Assembly (NCBI GenBank): GCA_040389425.1 | Contig: JAZJZW010000002.1 | Location: forward strand, 22,976 to 86,975 | DNA from: Bacteroidota bacterium | GTDB taxonomy: Bacteria > Bacteroidota > Bacteroidia > Flavobacteriales > Flavobacteriaceae | Length of the DNA: 64,000 nucleotides | Direction: 5' to 3' | Part shown: positions 39,150 through 49,455 of the stretch, in pieces | Layout of the letters: each line of letters starts with the position of its first letter | How positions within the stretch are numbered: the stretch's first letter is position 1 | The notes under the pieces: generated by a model | What the model saw: only the letters and a program-made list of their open reading frames with translations | Told to the model about the DNA's origin: nothing | Databases searched by the model: none | Position numbers and translations under genes: made by a program

Positions 39150-40481
39150 ATGAGATTAGTAGTATTAGGCGGAGGTGAAAGCGGAGTGGGTACAGCCATT
39201 TTAGGACAGCAAAAAGGATATGATGTTTTTGTATCTGATTTTGGAAAAATAAAAGAGAGTTACAAAGAAGTTCTTATAAATAAAGGTATCAAATGGGAAG
39301 ATGAAAAGCATACTGAAGCTTTAATTTTAAATGCCGATGTGGTGATGAAAAGCCCCGGAATTCCTGAGAAAGCGCCCATAGTAAAAAAGCTAATTGAAAA
39401 AGGAATTCCAGTAATTTCTGAAATAGAATTTGCAGCTCCTTTTACCAAAGCAGTTACCATAGGAATAACAGGAAGTAACGGAAAAACTACTACCACAATG
39501 TTAACCTATCATTTGCTTCAATCGGCAGGATTGAATGTAGGGTTGGCAGGGAATATTGGAAAAAGTTTTGCTGAACAGGTTGCCGAAGACAAATACGATA
39601 GTTATGTGTTAGAATTAAGTAGTTTTCAGCTGGACGGAATCATAAATTATAAGCCGCATATAGCCATTATAACTAATATTAGTCCGGATCATTTAGATCG
39701 CTACGATTATAAATATGAGAATTATATTGATTCGAAATTTAGAATAACAATGAACCAGACTGAAGACGATTATCTCATTTATGATGCAGATGATGAAGCA
39801 ATTTCAGAATGGTTACAAAAGAACAAAACAAGAGCTAAATTAATTCCTTTCTCATTGACAAAAACATTTGAAGAAGGGGCATTTATAAAAAACAACATAA
39901 TGGAAGCAATAATCAATCAAGAGGAATTTAAAATGGAAACAGAATCAATTGCCTTGGAGGGAAAACATAATATGAAAAATGCCATGGCAGCAACTTCTGT
40001 AGCTAAATTGATGCAAATTAGAAAAGCAACAATTCGCGAAAGCTTATCTAATTTTCAAGGTGTAGAACACCGTCTTGAGAAAGTATTGAAAATCCAAAAT
40101 GTACAATACATCAATGATTCGAAAGCAACGAATGTAAATGCTACTTTCTTTGCCTTAGATAGTATGAATACACCTACAGTTTGGATTGTAGGTGGTGTTG
40201 ATAAAGGAAATGATTATAACGAATTGATGGCTTTAGTTCGTGAGAAAGTAAAAGCTATCATTTGTCTTGGTGTTGATAATAAAAAAATTATTGATGCTTT
40301 TGGAAACGTAGTGGATATTATGGTAGAAGTAAATTCTATGAGCGATGCTGTTAGAACGGCACAACGTATTACCGAAAGAGGAGATACTGTTTTATTATCA
40401 CCTGCTTGTGCTAGTTTTGATTTGTTCGAAAACTACGAAGATAGAGGACGTCAATTTAAAGATGCAGTGCATAATTTGTAG
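39150..40481 (+). CDS. murD: UDP-MurNAc-L-Ala-D-Glu ligase
   Basis: GSNGKTT, ELSSFQL, DSKATN, LSPACASFD. Confidence 0.97.
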   Translation: MRLVVLGGGESGVGTAILGQQKGYDVFVSDFGKIKESYKEVLINKGIKWEDEKHTEALILNADVVMKSPGIPEKAPIVKKLIEKGIPVISEIEFAAPFTKAVTIGITGSNGKTTTTMLTYHLLQSAGLNVGLAGNIGKSFAEQVAEDKYDSYVLELSSFQLDGIINYKPHIAIITNISPDHLDRYDYKYENYIDSKFRITMNQTEDDYLIYDADDEAISEWLQKNKTRAKLIPFSLTKTFEEGAFIKNNIMEAIINQEEFKMETESIALEGKHNMKNAMAATSVAKLMQIRKATIRESLSNFQGVEHRLEKVLKIQNVQYINDSKATNVNATFFALDSMNTPTVWIVGGVDKGNDYNELMALVREKVKAIICLGVDNKKIIDAFGNVVDIMVEVNSMSDAVRTAQRITERGDTVLLSPACASFDLFENYEDRGRQFKDAVHNL

Positions 40482-40485
40482 AAGA

Positions 40486-40573
40486 AGTTATCAGTTGTCG
40501 GTTGTGAGTTATCAGTAGAAAACAGAAAACCAACAACAGACAACAGACAACAGACAACCGATAACTCATAACT
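40486..40573. repeat. Inverted heptamer tandem array
   Basis: agttatc agttgtc ggttgtg agttatc, then aacaaca gacaaca gacaaca gacaacc gataact cataact. Confidence 0.8.
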
Positions 40574-40583
40574 TGAATTAAAA

Positions 40584-41873
40584 ATGAAAAAACTAATTAG
40601 CAGTTTAAAAGGAGATAAAGGGATTTGGTCATTTGTGGCCTTATTGGCCTTGTTTTCCTTTATGCCTGTTTTTAGTGCCAGTAGTAATTTGGCTTACTTA
40701 GGTCATGGTACAGGGAATACTTTAGGATATTTGGTAAAACATTTGATACATGTTTGCTGTGGTTTCGCAATTATTTATGCTATTCACAATATTCCGTATC
40801 ATTATTTTAGATCGATTTCTAAATTATTGTTGCCTGTAGTTTGGGTAATTTTAGCCATTACTATGATTAAAGGAACGGTAATAGGTGGGGCTAATGCAAG
40901 TAGATGGCTTCAAATTCCGTTTGTAGGTTTGTCATTTCAACCTTCGGCTTTTGCGGCCTTAGTTTTGTTTGTGTTTGTGGCGCGTTATTTGTCTAAAACC
41001 AGAACCGAACCTATTGACTTTTTAGAATCATTAAGAGAGCTTTGGCTGCCAGTTTTTATCACCTTAATGTTTATTCTTCCTTCGAATTTTTCAACTACTG
41101 CGTTAATCTTTTCGATGATATTAATGTTAGTATTCATTGGGAGATATCCGATGAAATACATCGGAATTATTGTAGGTTCAGGAATTTTATTTCTGACATT
41201 TTTCGTGCTGATTTCTAAAGCTTTTCCCGATGCTAAATTCTTTAGTAGGGTAAGAACTTGGGAAAGCCGAATTGAAAATTTTAGTAGCAATAATCCAGAT
41301 GAAGACGATTACCAAATTGAAAAAGCCAAAATTGCCATTGCTTCGGGTAAAATATATGGATTAGGACCAGGAAAGAGTGTTCAGAAAAACTTTTTGCCAC
41401 AATCTTCTTCCGATTTTATTTATGCCATTATTGTTGAAGAATATGGATTAATTGGTGGTTTAGGAGTGCTGTGTTTGTACTTGTTATTGCTTTTTCGTTT
41501 TGTAATTGCTTCACATAAGGCAAATACTTTGTTTGGGAAATTAGTAGTTATAGGTCTTGGTTTTCCAATGATTTTCCAAGCCATGATTAATATGGCGGTA
41601 GCGGTAGAATTATTGCCTGTAACGGGACAAACCTTGCCCTTAATCAGTAGTGGAGGAACTTCAATTTGGATGACTTGTATTGCTTTGGGAATCATTATTG
41701 GTGTAACCAAAAAAGAAGAAGAAATAGAACAAGAACAAAAAGATGCTGCTAAAAGAGAAGAAGCTCTTAAAAGATTAATTGATGCTGAATTAGCATCCGA
41801 TGAGCAACAAAACGAATCTTTTTCGATAGAAGACAAAACAACTAATCCAATGAATGCGGTTTTGAATAAATAA
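40584..41873 (+). CDS. ftsW: SEDS peptidoglycan polymerase FtsW
   Basis: ASRWL, FQPS, DFIYAII.EE.G, LPLISSGGTS; dcw position. Confidence 0.94.
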   Translation: MKKLISSLKGDKGIWSFVALLALFSFMPVFSASSNLAYLGHGTGNTLGYLVKHLIHVCCGFAIIYAIHNIPYHYFRSISKLLLPVVWVILAITMIKGTVIGGANASRWLQIPFVGLSFQPSAFAALVLFVFVARYLSKTRTEPIDFLESLRELWLPVFITLMFILPSNFSTTALIFSMILMLVFIGRYPMKYIGIIVGSGILFLTFFVLISKAFPDAKFFSRVRTWESRIENFSSNNPDEDDYQIEKAKIAIASGKIYGLGPGKSVQKNFLPQSSSDFIYAIIVEEYGLIGGLGVLCLYLLLLFRFVIASHKANTLFGKLVVIGLGFPMIFQAMINMAVAVELLPVTGQTLPLISSGGTSIWMTCIALGIIIGVTKKEEEIEQEQKDAAKREEALKRLIDAELASDEQQNESFSIEDKTTNPMNAVLNK

Positions 41874-41906
41874 TATTTTATTCGAAAACTATATAATTTG
41901 ATAAAA

Positions 41907-42998
41907 ATGAAACAGTATAAATTCATATTAAGTGGTGGAGGAACAGGAGGACATATCTATCCTGCAGTTGCAATTGCTAATGAATTAAAATCTAGATTTC
42001 CAGATGCTGAATTCCTTTTTGTAGGAGCTCAAGATAAGATGGAAATGCAAAAAGTACCTCAAGCTGGATATGCTATCAAAGGTTTGTGGATTGCTGGATT
42101 GCAAAGAAAAATTACGTTTCAAAATATGTTGTTTCCAGTTAAACTAATTGATAGTTTGTGGAAGTCAAGAAAAATAATAAAACAATTTAAGCCTGATGTG
42201 GTTATAGGAACTGGTGGTTTTGCAAGTGGTCCTTTGTTGCAAATGGCAAATACGCTTGGAATTCCAACAGTGATTCAGGAACAGAATTCTTTTCCTGGAA
42301 TTACTAATAAATTGTTGAGTAAAAAAGCCAATGCTATTTGTGTGGCTTATGAAAATCTAGAGCGATTTTTTCCAAAAGAGAAAATGATTTTGACAGGAAA
42401 CCCTGTTCGTCAAGATTTAATTGATGTTGAAAATAAAAGAGCTGAGGCAATTGAATATTTTAAATTGGATACCAATAAAAAAACGCTTTTAGTTCTTGGC
42501 GGAAGTTTAGGTTCAAGAAGAATGAATCAGTTGATAGAAAAAGAACTGAAAAATATTCAAGCCCAAGATGTTCAGATTATCTGGCAATGTGGGAAATTGT
42601 ACTTTGAAGATTATAAAAAATACAATTCTGAGAATGTTCAGGTGGTTGCTTTTATTGAAAAAATGGATTTTGTTTACGCTGCTGCAGATGTTATTATTTC
42701 ACGAGCAGGAGCTTCTTCGGTATCAGAATTATGTATTGTTGGGAAACCAGTAATTTTTATTCCATCGCCTAATGTAGCCGAAGATCATCAAACTAAAAAC
42801 GCTAAGGCAATTGTAGATAAAAAAGGAGCACTTTTAATTAAAGAATCCGAATTAGATGCTGAATTCAGTTTGGTTTTTGAAGCTTTATTGAAAGATTCAG
42901 GAAAACAGAAACAACTGAGCGAAAACATAAAAGAACTCGCTTTACCTGAAGCAACAAAGCAAATTGCCGACGAAATAGTAAAATTGATTAATAAATAG
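41907..42998 (+). CDS. murG: Lipid II GlcNAc transferase
   Basis: [31 protein letters not shown]; ATG at 41907. Confidence 0.97.
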   Translation: MKQYKFILSGGGTGGHIYPAVAIANELKSRFPDAEFLFVGAQDKMEMQKVPQAGYAIKGLWIAGLQRKITFQNMLFPVKLIDSLWKSRKIIKQFKPDVVIGTGGFASGPLLQMANTLGIPTVIQEQNSFPGITNKLLSKKANAICVAYENLERFFPKEKMILTGNPVRQDLIDVENKRAEAIEYFKLDTNKKTLLVLGGSLGSRRMNQLIEKELKNIQAQDVQIIWQCGKLYFEDYKKYNSENVQVVAFIEKMDFVYAAADVIISRAGASSVSELCIVGKPVIFIPSPNVAEDHQTKNAKAIVDKKGALLIKESELDAEFSLVFEALLKDSGKQKQLSENIKELALPEATKQIADEIVKLINK

Positions 42999-43080
42999 CA
43001 ATAACAATGACAAAATTCAATTGCAAAACTAAAGGTTTTTAAGTAGTTGAAATTGCCATTGCCATTGATTTTTGAAATTT
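42998..43080. repeat. Inverted hexamer-period array
   Basis: gcaataacaatgacaaaattcaat / ttgaaattgccattgccattgatttttgaa. Confidence 0.55.
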
Positions 43081-43094
43081 AAATAAAATTTAAA

Positions 43095-44447
43095 ATGAAC
43101 TTAAACCAAATACAGAACGTCTATTTTATCGGTATCGGAGGTATTGGAATGAGTGCCTTGGCGCGCTATTTTAAGTATATAGGAAAAGAAGTTTCTGGTT
43201 ATGATAAAACACCAACGATTTTAACTAATGAGTTGATCGAAAGTGGAATTGATATTCATTTTGATGATAATATCAATTTGATTCCTAAGGATTATTTTAT
43301 CGAAAACACCTTGGTTATTATAACTCCAGCAGTTCCTAAGACACATGCGCAATGGAATTATTTTTTAGAGCGTAATTATCAGGTAAAAAAGAGAGCCGAA
43401 GTTTTAGGAATTATTACTAAGGATACCTTTTGTTTTGCAGTGGCAGGAACTCACGGGAAAACAACTACATCTAGTATTTTAGGACATATACTTCACGAAA
43501 GTGGAGCAGATGTAACTGCTTTTATTGGTGGAATTGTAGAGAATTATAATTCTAATCTAATTGGAAGCGGAAAAACAGTAACTGTTGTTGAAGCAGATGA
43601 GTTTGATCGTTCATTTTTGCATTTGCATCCTAATATTGCTTGTGTGACTTCTATGGATGCTGATCATTTGGATATTTATGGAACTGATGAAGCAATTAAG
43701 GAATCGTTTACAGAGTTTGCTGATAAGGTAGAAGATAAATCAAGATTATTTATTACAACTGATTTGCCACTTTCGGGAATTACAGTTGGAGTGAATGAAG
43801 AGGCAGTATATAATGCTTTTAATGTAAGAATAGAAGACGGAAGTTATGTCTTTGATGTTAAAACGCCTGATGGTACTTTAACAGATTTCCGTTTTGGATT
43901 ACCAGGAAGACACAATTTAATGAACGCTTTAATGGCTCTTGCAATGGCAGTAAATTTCGGTACCCCAACCGTTGCTATTGCAAGAGCCTTAGCTTCATTT
44001 AAAGGAATTAGAAGACGTTTTTCTTACCAAATTAGAACTGAAAATCTAGTTTATATTGATGATTATGCACATCATCCTACTGAGATCAATGCAGTACATC
44101 AGGCGGTAAGAGAATTGTATCCAGATAAAAAAGTTCTGGCGGTTTTTCAGCCGCATCTTTTTAGTAGAACAAAAGATTTTGTAGATGATTTTGCAAAAAG
44201 CCTTTCGCAATTTGACGAAGTTTTGTTGATGGATATTTATCCAGCGCGCGAATTGCCTATGGAAGGAGTAACTTCTGATTGGTTATTGTCAAAAATAGAA
44301 AATCAGAATGCAAAATTAGTTTCAAAAGACGATTTGATAGCAACTATGTTGAAGAGTGATGCGCCAATTTTGGTTACAATTGGAGCGGGTGATATTGGTG
44401 AAATGGTGGGAGCAATTAAAACAGCTTTAAATGAAAAAAATATTTAA
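43095..44447 (+). CDS. murC: UDP-MurNAc-L-Ala ligase
   Basis: GIGGIGMS, GTHGKTTT, EADE, DDYAHHP. Confidence 0.97.
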   Translation: MNLNQIQNVYFIGIGGIGMSALARYFKYIGKEVSGYDKTPTILTNELIESGIDIHFDDNINLIPKDYFIENTLVIITPAVPKTHAQWNYFLERNYQVKKRAEVLGIITKDTFCFAVAGTHGKTTTSSILGHILHESGADVTAFIGGIVENYNSNLIGSGKTVTVVEADEFDRSFLHLHPNIACVTSMDADHLDIYGTDEAIKESFTEFADKVEDKSRLFITTDLPLSGITVGVNEEAVYNAFNVRIEDGSYVFDVKTPDGTLTDFRFGLPGRHNLMNALMALAMAVNFGTPTVAIARALASFKGIRRRFSYQIRTENLVYIDDYAHHPTEINAVHQAVRELYPDKKVLAVFQPHLFSRTKDFVDDFAKSLSQFDEVLLMDIYPARELPMEGVTSDWLLSKIENQNAKLVSKDDLIATMLKSDAPILVTIGAGDIGEMVGAIKTALNEKNI

Positions 44448-45156
44448 TTGGACAAACATCAGGTTAATCCTAATGTTTTGCTTGGTGATTTTCCTTTTTT
44501 CGTTTACTTCAAAACGAAATGAAAAGAGAAAATTGTCTAAAATCAAGGTCGTTTTTGTAGGAGAAAACAATCTTTTTATAAAAGAGGAAACGGTTAATAA
44601 ATTGTTAATAGAAAATATTGGCAACCCATTAGCTATTGGAAAAGATAAATTAGATTTGAATAAGCTGGAAAGAAAGCTAGATTCAAATGCAATGATTGAC
44701 GAATCGGATGTTTTTGTAAGTATCAGTGGTGTTCTCAAAGCGGTTGTTAAGCAAAAGACTCCTGTAGCTAGAGTGGTTAATGGTTCGGAATCTTTTTATA
44801 TTGATTATAAGGGAGGTAGGATGCCGCTATCGGATAATTTTACGGCGAGAGTTCCACTTGTTTCAGGGAATTTAAATAGCGGAAATAAAGCGAAAATTGC
44901 TGTGTTGTTGCGTAGAATTTATGAAGACGATTTTTTGAAAAAAAACATCATTGCAATTCAGATTATGCCTAATGCTAGCTTAAAAATGTTCAATAGGAAT
45001 TATGATTATCAGATTGATTTTGGTAGCGTGATGAATTTTGAGACAAAATTTAAGAACTATGAAGCTTTTTTTCAAAAAGCAGTTTTAGATAGTACGTTGT
45101 ATAAATATAAGAAGATTGACCTCAGGTTTACAAAACAAGTAGTTTGCACTAAATAA
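44431..45156 (+). CDS. ftsQ: Cell division protein FtsQ/DivIB
   Basis: N-terminal TM, C-terminal IDLRF..QVV; position before ftsA. Confidence 0.88.
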   Translation: MKKIFNWTNIRLILMFCLVIFLFSFTSKRNEKRKLSKIKVVFVGENNLFIKEETVNKLLIENIGNPLAIGKDKLDLNKLERKLDSNAMIDESDVFVSISGVLKAVVKQKTPVARVVNGSESFYIDYKGGRMPLSDNFTARVPLVSGNLNSGNKAKIAVLLRRIYEDDFLKKNIIAIQIMPNASLKMFNRNYDYQIDFGSVMNFETKFKNYEAFFQKAVLDSTLYKYKKIDLRFTKQVVCTK

Positions 45157-45162
45157 TAGAAA

Positions 45163-46542
45163 ATGGAAAAAGAGAATATTGCAGTAGGTCTAGATATAGG
45201 GACAACCAAAATAGTTGCCATGATTGGCAAGAAGAATGAGTATGGGAAGTTGGAAATTTTGGGAGTTGGTAAATCCAAAAGTTTAGGTGTGGCTAGAGGA
45301 GTGGTTAATAATATTACACAAACCATTCAATCTATCCAGCAAGCAATAGTAGAAGCAGAAACAAATTCAGGTTATAAAATTAAAGATGTTGTTGTAGGGA
45401 TCGCAGGACAGCACATTCGTAGTATTCAACATACTGATTATATCAGTAGAAATAATCCTGAAGAAGTAATTGGAGGCGATGATATTCAATTGTTAATTGA
45501 TCAGGTTAATAAGTTAGCAATGTTACCTGGGGAGGAAATAATTCATGTTTTACCTCAGGAATTTAAAATAGATGGGCAATCTGAAATTAAAGAGCCTATC
45601 GGAATGTACGGTGGACGTTTAGAATCTAGTTTTCATGTAGTAGTAGGTCAAGCCTCTTCTATTAGAAATGTAGGACGTTGTATCCAGAGTTCAGGAATTG
45701 AATTATCAGGATTAACCTTAGAACCATTAGCTTCGTCAGATGCGGTTTTAAGCCAAGAAGAAAAAGAAGCAGGAGTTGCTTTAATTGATATTGGTGGTGG
45801 AACAACTGATTTAGCTATTTTTAAAGATGGAATCATTCGTCATACAGCAGTAATCCCTTTCGGAGGAAATGTAATTACTGATGATATTAAAGAAGGTTGT
45901 TCTATTATAGAAAAACAGGCTGAATTGATGAAAGTAAAATTTGGTTCGGCTTGGCCAGGAGAAAATAAAGACAACGAGATTGTTTCTATTCCAGGTTTGA
46001 GAGGAAGAGAGCCAAAAGAGATTTCTTTGAAAAACTTGTCGAAAATTATTCACGCTCGTGTAGTTGAAATAATAGAACAAGTTTTTACAGAAGTAAAGGC
46101 TTATGGTCATGAAGATCCAAGAAAAAAACTAATTGCAGGTATTGTACTTACTGGTGGTGGAGCTCAATTAAAGCACATTAAACAATTAGTAGAGTATATC
46201 ACTGGAATGGATACTAGAATTGGATATCCTAATGAGCATTTGGCTGGTAATTCGGATGAAGAATTTTCTAGTCCATTATATGCAACTGCAGTTGGATTAG
46301 TGATGAATAGTATCTCTAACAATACACAGAGTGCTGTAAGAAAAGAAGAAGTAGTTCCTCAAAGAGTTGTTTACCAACGTGAACCAGTTGTTGAAACTGT
46401 AGAGCGATTTGAACAGGAAGTGGAGCAAGTAGAAGCAGTAAGTTACGCTAAAAAAGAAGAGTCAACAGGAGATAAGATTAAGAGATCGTTCTTTGATCGT
46501 TATGTTGACAAGATTAAAGATTTTTTAGATAACGCAGAGTAG
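45163..46542 (+). CDS. ftsA: Cell division protein FtsA
   Basis: GLDIGTTK, DIGGGTTD, VLTGGG, YATAVGL. Confidence 0.97.
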   Translation: MEKENIAVGLDIGTTKIVAMIGKKNEYGKLEILGVGKSKSLGVARGVVNNITQTIQSIQQAIVEAETNSGYKIKDVVVGIAGQHIRSIQHTDYISRNNPEEVIGGDDIQLLIDQVNKLAMLPGEEIIHVLPQEFKIDGQSEIKEPIGMYGGRLESSFHVVVGQASSIRNVGRCIQSSGIELSGLTLEPLASSDAVLSQEEKEAGVALIDIGGGTTDLAIFKDGIIRHTAVIPFGGNVITDDIKEGCSIIEKQAELMKVKFGSAWPGENKDNEIVSIPGLRGREPKEISLKNLSKIIHARVVEIIEQVFTEVKAYGHEDPRKKLIAGIVLTGGGAQLKHIKQLVEYITGMDTRIGYPNEHLAGNSDEEFSSPLYATAVGLVMNSISNNTQSAVRKEEVVPQRVVYQREPVVETVERFEQEVEQVEAVSYAKKEESTGDKIKRSFFDRYVDKIKDFLDNAE

Positions 46543-46595
46543 TAAGATAAAGAAGAATAAAGCACAAAATATATTAATATCAAAAACCAAATATT

Positions 46596-48581
46596 ATGAC
46601 GAGCAACTCAGAATTTGGAAGCATTTCATTTGATTTACCTAAAAATCAATCAAATGTAATCAAAGTTATAGGTGTAGGTGGAGGCGGAAGTAACGCAATC
46701 AATCACATGTTCAAGCAAGGAATCAAAGGAGTTGATTTCATTGTTTGTAATACTGATTCGCAAGCACTGCAAAATAGTAGTGTTCCTAACAAAATTCAAT
46801 TAGGTGTAAATCTAACCGAAGGTCTTGGTGCTGGAGCTAATCCAGATGTAGGACAGCAATCGGCTATTGAGAGTATCGCTGATATCGAAAAAGTGTTAGA
46901 CCGTGGTACTAAGATGGTTTTCATTACAGCAGGAATGGGTGGAGGTACAGGAACGGGTGCTGCGCCAGTAATTGCTCAACTGGCTAAAGAAAGAGAAATC
47001 CTTACTGTAGGTATTGTGACTTTACCTTTTTCTTTTGAAGGGAAAGTGCGTCAGGAACAAGCGCTTATCGGGATTGAGAAATTACGTAGACAAGTAGACT
47101 CTTTAATTGTTATCAATAATAACAAATTAAGAGAAGTGTACGGAAATCTTGGTTTCAAAGCAGGATTCTCTAAAGCGGATGAAGTTTTGGCAACAGCCTC
47201 AAGAGGAATTGCCGAAGTAATTACGCATCACTATACTCAAAATATCGATTTAAGAGATGCTAAAACGGTATTGGCTAATAGTGGAACGGCTATAATGGGT
47301 TCGTCTGTTGCTTCAGGTGAAAACAGAGCTAAAGAAGCTATTGTTGCTGCCTTAGATTCTCCTTTATTGAATGATAACAAAATTACAGGAGCCAAAAACG
47401 TATTGTTGCTCATCGTTTCTGGATCTAACGAGATTACCTTAGATGAAATTGGTGAAATTAATGACCACATTCAAAGTGAAGCTGGTTTTAATGCTAATAT
47501 CATCATGGGAGTTGGTGAAGATGATACTTTAGGTGATGCAATTGCTGTAACTATCATTGCTACTGGATTTGATATTGAACAACAAAACGGAATTGTAAAT
47601 ACAGAACCTAAAAAAATCATACATACTTTAGAGGATGAGCAAAGAAGTGTTCATAATTTAAGTAATACTACTGTTCCTGCTTTTGATGTAAATATCGATA
47701 AGCCAGTGAATAATGTTGAAGAGCGTGTAGTTTTTGATTTAATAGATGACGAAGAAGAAGTGGTTGCTGTTGTTGCTCCAGTTGTTTCTGAGCCTGCTCC
47801 AATAGTACCAGTTCAGGGAAACGAGGAGTTGATGGCAATGTCTGAATTCATTAAAAATATAGATGTTACTTTCGAAATTGTTTCTCCAATTAAAGAAGAA
47901 GAATTTACCTTTTCTGCACCAAAAGTAGAAGCAGTAAGACCGCAAATAGTTGAAGAGCCAAAAGCAATCGAAAAACAAGAACAGACTTCTTTTTCTTTTG
48001 ATATGCCTCTTTTTAAATCAGAGCCAGTTCAAGAAGTACCAGTTCAACAAAAAGAAGAAAGGGTATTGTTTGAATTGACAAATGAAACTAAAGAGATTAA
48101 AGTTAATCAAGCAGTACAATTTGTGCCAGTAACTGAGTTGTCTGACAACGGAGTTATTAGATATTCTCTAGAAGAATACATGGATGCTGATAACGAATTA
48201 CAGTCTTCTAAGCCAGTTGCAAAAGTGGTTGAAGAAGTAATTCCTGAGGAGTTAAATATTACTATGAAAAAAGTAGAAGTGGCTCCAGCAGATTTCTCAA
48301 ATGCTGAAGATATTTCTCCTATCGAAATGACTATCGAAGAAACATTGCGTTTAAGAGCTGATGAAAGAAGGAAAAAATTAAAAGAATTCAATTATAAGTT
48401 TCATAATAATGTTTCTAAGATTGATGAGTATGAAAAAGAACCTGCTTACAAAAGATTAGGTATCGATATATCAAACAATCAAACTAATAATGCTAACTCT
48501 AGAATTTCAGTTGGAACAGATAGCAATAACGATTTACAATTGCGTTCAAATAACTCTTATTTACATGACAACGTAGATTAA
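46596..48581 (+). CDS. ftsZ: Cell division protein FtsZ with long acidic linker
   Basis: GVGGGG, GMGGGTGTG tubulin signature; C-terminal EPAYKR and YLHDNVD. Confidence 0.97.
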   Translation: MTSNSEFGSISFDLPKNQSNVIKVIGVGGGGSNAINHMFKQGIKGVDFIVCNTDSQALQNSSVPNKIQLGVNLTEGLGAGANPDVGQQSAIESIADIEKVLDRGTKMVFITAGMGGGTGTGAAPVIAQLAKEREILTVGIVTLPFSFEGKVRQEQALIGIEKLRRQVDSLIVINNNKLREVYGNLGFKAGFSKADEVLATASRGIAEVITHHYTQNIDLRDAKTVLANSGTAIMGSSVASGENRAKEAIVAALDSPLLNDNKITGAKNVLLLIVSGSNEITLDEIGEINDHIQSEAGFNANIIMGVGEDDTLGDAIAVTIIATGFDIEQQNGIVNTEPKKIIHTLEDEQRSVHNLSNTTVPAFDVNIDKPVNNVEERVVFDLIDDEEEVVAVVAPVVSEPAPIVPVQGNEELMAMSEFIKNIDVTFEIVSPIKEEEFTFSAPKVEAVRPQIVEEPKAIEKQEQTSFSFDMPLFKSEPVQEVPVQQKEERVLFELTNETKEIKVNQAVQFVPVTELSDNGVIRYSLEEYMDADNELQSSKPVAKVVEEVIPEELNITMKKVEVAPADFSNAEDISPIEMTIEETLRLRADERRKKLKEFNYKFHNNVSKIDEYEKEPAYKRLGIDISNNQTNNANSRISVGTDSNNDLQLRSNNSYLHDNVD

Positions 48582-48603
48582 TCATAGATTAATTTCCTAA
48601 TAC

Positions 48604-48645
48604 AATAACCCGAAAATTGAATTTAATTTTCGGGTTATTTTTTTT
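48604..48645 (+). terminator. Terminator at end of dcw operon
   Basis: aataacccgaaaatt...aattttcgggttattttttt. Confidence 0.85.
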
Positions 48646-48765
48646 AACTTCGCAGAAATTCCGGATTTTAGTTCTTGCTTGTAAAGGGGTATTTTTTATG
48701 AGAATTAGATCCGTTTTTTTAAATAAATGTAAAACAAAGCAGTAGTGCTTATAAATAAAAAATAA

Positions 48766-49215
48766 ATGAGTTTATCAGTAAAAATCATGGACGAAATTAA
48801 AACTGCCATGAGAGCCAAAGATACAGTAGCTTTAGAAGCTTTGAGAGCAATAAAATCAGAAATACTTTTAGCTCAAACTGCTTCTGGCTCTAAAGAAGAA
48901 ATTTCAGCAGATGAAGAAATTAAATTATTACAACGTTTGGTGAAAACGCGTAAAGAAAGCGCTAGAATTTTTACGGAACAAAATCGTCCTGATTTAGTTG
49001 AACCTGAGTTGGCTCAAGTAGCTGTAATCGAAAAATTCTTACCAGCTCAATTAACTGAGGCTGAAGTTGAAGCGGTTATTGCTAAAATTATTGCCGAAAC
49101 TGGAGCATCTGGAATTGCATCTATGGGGAAAGTAATGGGATTAGCTTCTGCTCAATTAGGAGGAACTGCCGAAGGGAAAACAGTTTCTACTATTGTGAAG
49201 AAATTATTGGTATAA
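48766..49215 (+). CDS. GatB/YqeY domain protein
   Basis: AMRAKD..LRAIK, R.ESA..F, FLP.QL, MGKVMG. Confidence 0.92.
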   Translation: MSLSVKIMDEIKTAMRAKDTVALEALRAIKSEILLAQTASGSKEEISADEEIKLLQRLVKTRKESARIFTEQNRPDLVEPELAQVAVIEKFLPAQLTEAEVEAVIAKIIAETGASGIASMGKVMGLASAQLGGTAEGKTVSTIVKKLLV

Positions 49216-49216
49216 A

Positions 49217-49287
49217 TGATTAAGTTGTTGATTAACGATTTTTAAATCATAAATCTAAAATCGTTAATCAACAATCTAAAATCAAAT
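49217..49287. repeat. Inverted heptamer array (AATC period 7)
   Basis: ttgttgattaacgatttt (49225-49242) is the reverse complement of 49257-49274; units ataaatc taaaatc gttaatc aacaatc taaaatc. Confidence 0.7.
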
Positions 49288-49288
49288 T

Positions 49289-49362
49289 GACTGCGTAGTT
49301 CAACTGGATAGAATATCAGATTTCGGCTCTGAGGGTTGGGGGTTCGAACCCCTCCGCGGTCA
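49289..49362 (+). tRNA. tRNA-Arg(TCG)
   Basis: GACTGCG/CGCGGTC acceptor stem, anticodon arm TCAGA-TTTCGGC-TCTGA, GGTTCGAA. Confidence 0.95.
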
Positions 49363-49365
49363 CTT

Positions 49366-49408
49366 AAAAAGCAACAAAAAGGAATGATTCTTTTTTGTTG
49401 CTTTTTTG
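49366..49408 (+). terminator. Terminator after tRNA-Arg
   Basis: aaaaagcaacaaaaa...tttttgttgctttttt. Confidence 0.8.
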
Positions 49409-49455
49409 TTTTAAAATGGATAATTTTAACATTGGTATAAATAAAAACAGCACTT

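Noticed and set aside
47600-48350. Very long acidic FtsZ linker
   Set aside because: Long FtsZ linkers are usual in Flavobacteriia.
32740-48581. dcw cluster lacks murF, ddl and murB
   Set aside because: Normal Bacteroidota gene order; these genes are usually located elsewhere.
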